From positions 16,244,001 through 16,308,000 of the forward strand of contig OZ281499.1 of NCBI GenBank assembly GCA_965637545.1: 64,000 nt of DNA, given 5' to 3'. The notes under the pieces were generated by a model. That model saw only the letters and a program-made list of their open reading frames with translations, made no database searches and was not told the DNA's origin. This document shows, piece by piece, positions 61,733 to 64,000 of the stretch. The first letter of the stretch is position 1. The number at the start of each line of letters is the position of its first letter. Both the position numbers and the translations under genes were made by a program. Origin of the DNA: Phallusia mammillata (lineage: Eukaryota).

Positions 61733-64000
61733 GTAAGCGGCTCCGCCTTCGGAATGTGACTGTTTTTACCCATTTTCAAAAGTTGTTTCTAACATCAGTG
61801 ACATCGGAACGGTCGCATGGACTAATGTAATACATAGCTGTGGAATGCATGTTCTGCTATTGCGTGTATGTGTCACACGAACGGCATGTGCATATGTTTG
61901 CAGTTAATCTTGTTCTTACATTTCACATCACAAGGAAATGTTTTAAGACCAGTTAACAACGATAGTCCGAGCAGTAATATCTTCATAATTTGTACATTTA
62001 ATTGCAATTGAACGATCTGTGTAAACATTTCTTATGTGGCTGATGGGTATACAAATTGTGAGATCAAGCAGTTGCATGTTGGAAAACGTTGTCATGTGTT
62101 TTGAAGTCGTTTGCTTTGCGACTGTCTGATTGTCGTTCCGCTCTGATAACCCCGTTGCAGTTGTACTTCAACTGCAAACATACCGTATCACGTTGTGTCT
62201 CATGGCACAATCGAACCTCAGTGTGCCATTACACGCTTGTGAAAAATCAACAAATCAATACACAATAAAACGCTGTGGTAATCTTCTAGTTTTCACTCAC
62301 ATACTAGACATGCGATTGGTTGGTGAGACTGTAGTTTGTTACAAGGCGTTTTGAAACAGATGAATTCAAGTGGACATTTTTGGAACGCAATAGTAAATAG
62401 CTATGGTATTTGTACAACCACTATTGTGCTATACATGCAATATTATTGGTAAAATACAGTGCACTGTAAAGTAGTTAAAAAGTACCTTCCACTATTTTAA
62501 ACTGTAGGTAAAATCTATAGCGCCCATGCCCAAGTTCTGTTTACTTTGTGGGATATTTGAAAAGATTATGAATTATGATACCCCGCAAGTCCTACTAAGC
62601 GCATGTGCACATACACAGACCTATTGAATTAGAAGGCACGCTCTTTGCGACTTCACATAATCTTTGGAATTAACTTTTAGCGCGACGAGTCAAACTGGTT
62701 TGACCCCTAGTACAGTTTATAGCATGTGATGCTTTATAGGTTAGGTAATGCGAAAATGTCACCATGTGTAGTAGCGCATAAACGTTTATTTCTCCCGGTA
62801 TGAAAATCCACTTCACAGGCCGTGTAGTACGTTTAAAAGCTGATTGTTTGTATAAATGCTCCCTAAATGTGTAGCAAAGGTAAATCAGACCAATTGTCCC
62901 CTCAATTTGCTACATAGGTCAACTCTTTGTGTAACGTTTCGTGGAAACTTTGATGTCAAACATTGGAGTGACTTACATGACGCCAAGATTTAACCAGCAG
63001 TGCGCACTAAACCAACTTATATGTCTTAGTTTTTTGTTACTAGTTTTGTGCAAAGTTAAATCTTTGGAACCCCATAAACGGCGCTGTTGATAAGTTTGTT
63101 AGCGAATATAACGGCCTAAATAAACGTAAAAGCGCCATGTTTTAGTATTCAAACGTTTCGGCAATAGCTCGTGCCATCACCGTTTGAATAATAAAACATG
63201 ACACTTTTACGTCTATTTATATTCGAATACGCCAGTTGTTTATCTCTCGCTTCTACGGTGCACATACACAGGGAAAATGGATGAAAATGCCCATATTTAC
63301 GTTTCTTTGGTCCACACAACGTTAACAATGTGCCAATCTGGATGTGGCCGTACTGGAAAAGATTGCGTGTAATTTGTGCGTAAGTGGACGAATCACTTTC
63401 GTTGTCACTACAGTGGGCGTTGTACGCATTCTTTGACCACAGGGCTTTATTTGGTTAGCTACCTTTCCCAGTGAACCGGGCGTCCCTTATGTGCTTTGTG
63501 CAGTTATAAATTGACGTGCTGTGCGGTATATATTTATCACATACCTTTGTCATGTTTTAAAACCTCATAAATTTAAGGGGTATCAGTTTTTATTGTGTTT
63601 CTCAAACAGTAAAAAGGTTACTGCTTTGCTGTGATTTGGTGTAGCTGTTTTTATGGTAATTATTGGGTGTGTGACTGTTGAGTCTTGTAGGTAATAACTA
63701 TTTTTCCCAGGTCCACTTTATTTCCTTTAAACTTTCTGTTAAGTTTGTTTGACATTGGACAATGCTTTACTCATGTGGAGCTTGAAATCTGAAATGGTTC
63801 TAAAACGAGCTTGCTGTTCTTATATAGTGCCAGGCCTTGGTAAACAAACGTCTCCAAACCTAAGAGCCCAGCCTTTTTTCTCCTGTGGTTAATGGTGTGT
63901 GGTTTCAACTTTGGATCCAATGTTTGTTTTCCGCTTTTGTAAATTCCATCAATAGTTGCTCCAAGTCTGTGTCAAGTTTTCATTTGTAGCAGCAATAATA

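Noticed and set aside
1-64000. CRISPR arrays, rRNA, tRNA, snRNA, autonomous transposase or RT genes
   Set aside because: No repeat-spacer array, conserved RNA-gene signatures or long transposase/RT frames were seen; the DNA is intron-containing eukaryotic sequence.

Overview
AT-rich eukaryotic (animal) genomic DNA with GT-AG introns. Most entries in the six-frame ORF track are noise, so the gene models below were built by hand from splice signals and reading-frame phase. The organism is most consistent with an ascidian tunicate, but this is inference only (SET-less Blimp-like gene, compact introns). Three protein-coding genes are supported. (1) Minus-strand Blimp1/PRDM1-like zinc-finger repressor, CDS ~16269-12910. 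It has no PR/SET domain, only three recognisable C2H2 fingers, an eh1 Groucho motif and an adjacent DSGYGS beta-TrCP-type degron. (2) Minus-strand 14-exon gene, 50171-39818, 613 aa: signal peptide, five fibronectin type III domains and a C-terminal galaxin/usherin-like di-cysteine module, with one probable GC-AG intron. (3) The 5' part of a plus-strand CLIC (chloride intracellular channel) gene, 55244 to beyond the window. Three separate exons each encode the I-x-LFVK first beta-strand, and there is a long acidic Tyr-motif N-terminal extension. The first 7.1 kb holds four non-autonomous hAT-type elements, two with perfect 8-bp TSDs. The ~23.5 kb between the Prdm1-like and FN3 genes has no supported gene and no intact element I could find; it contains GC-richer islands and a duplicated ~87-bp putative regulatory module. 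No rRNA, tRNA or CRISPR array was found.
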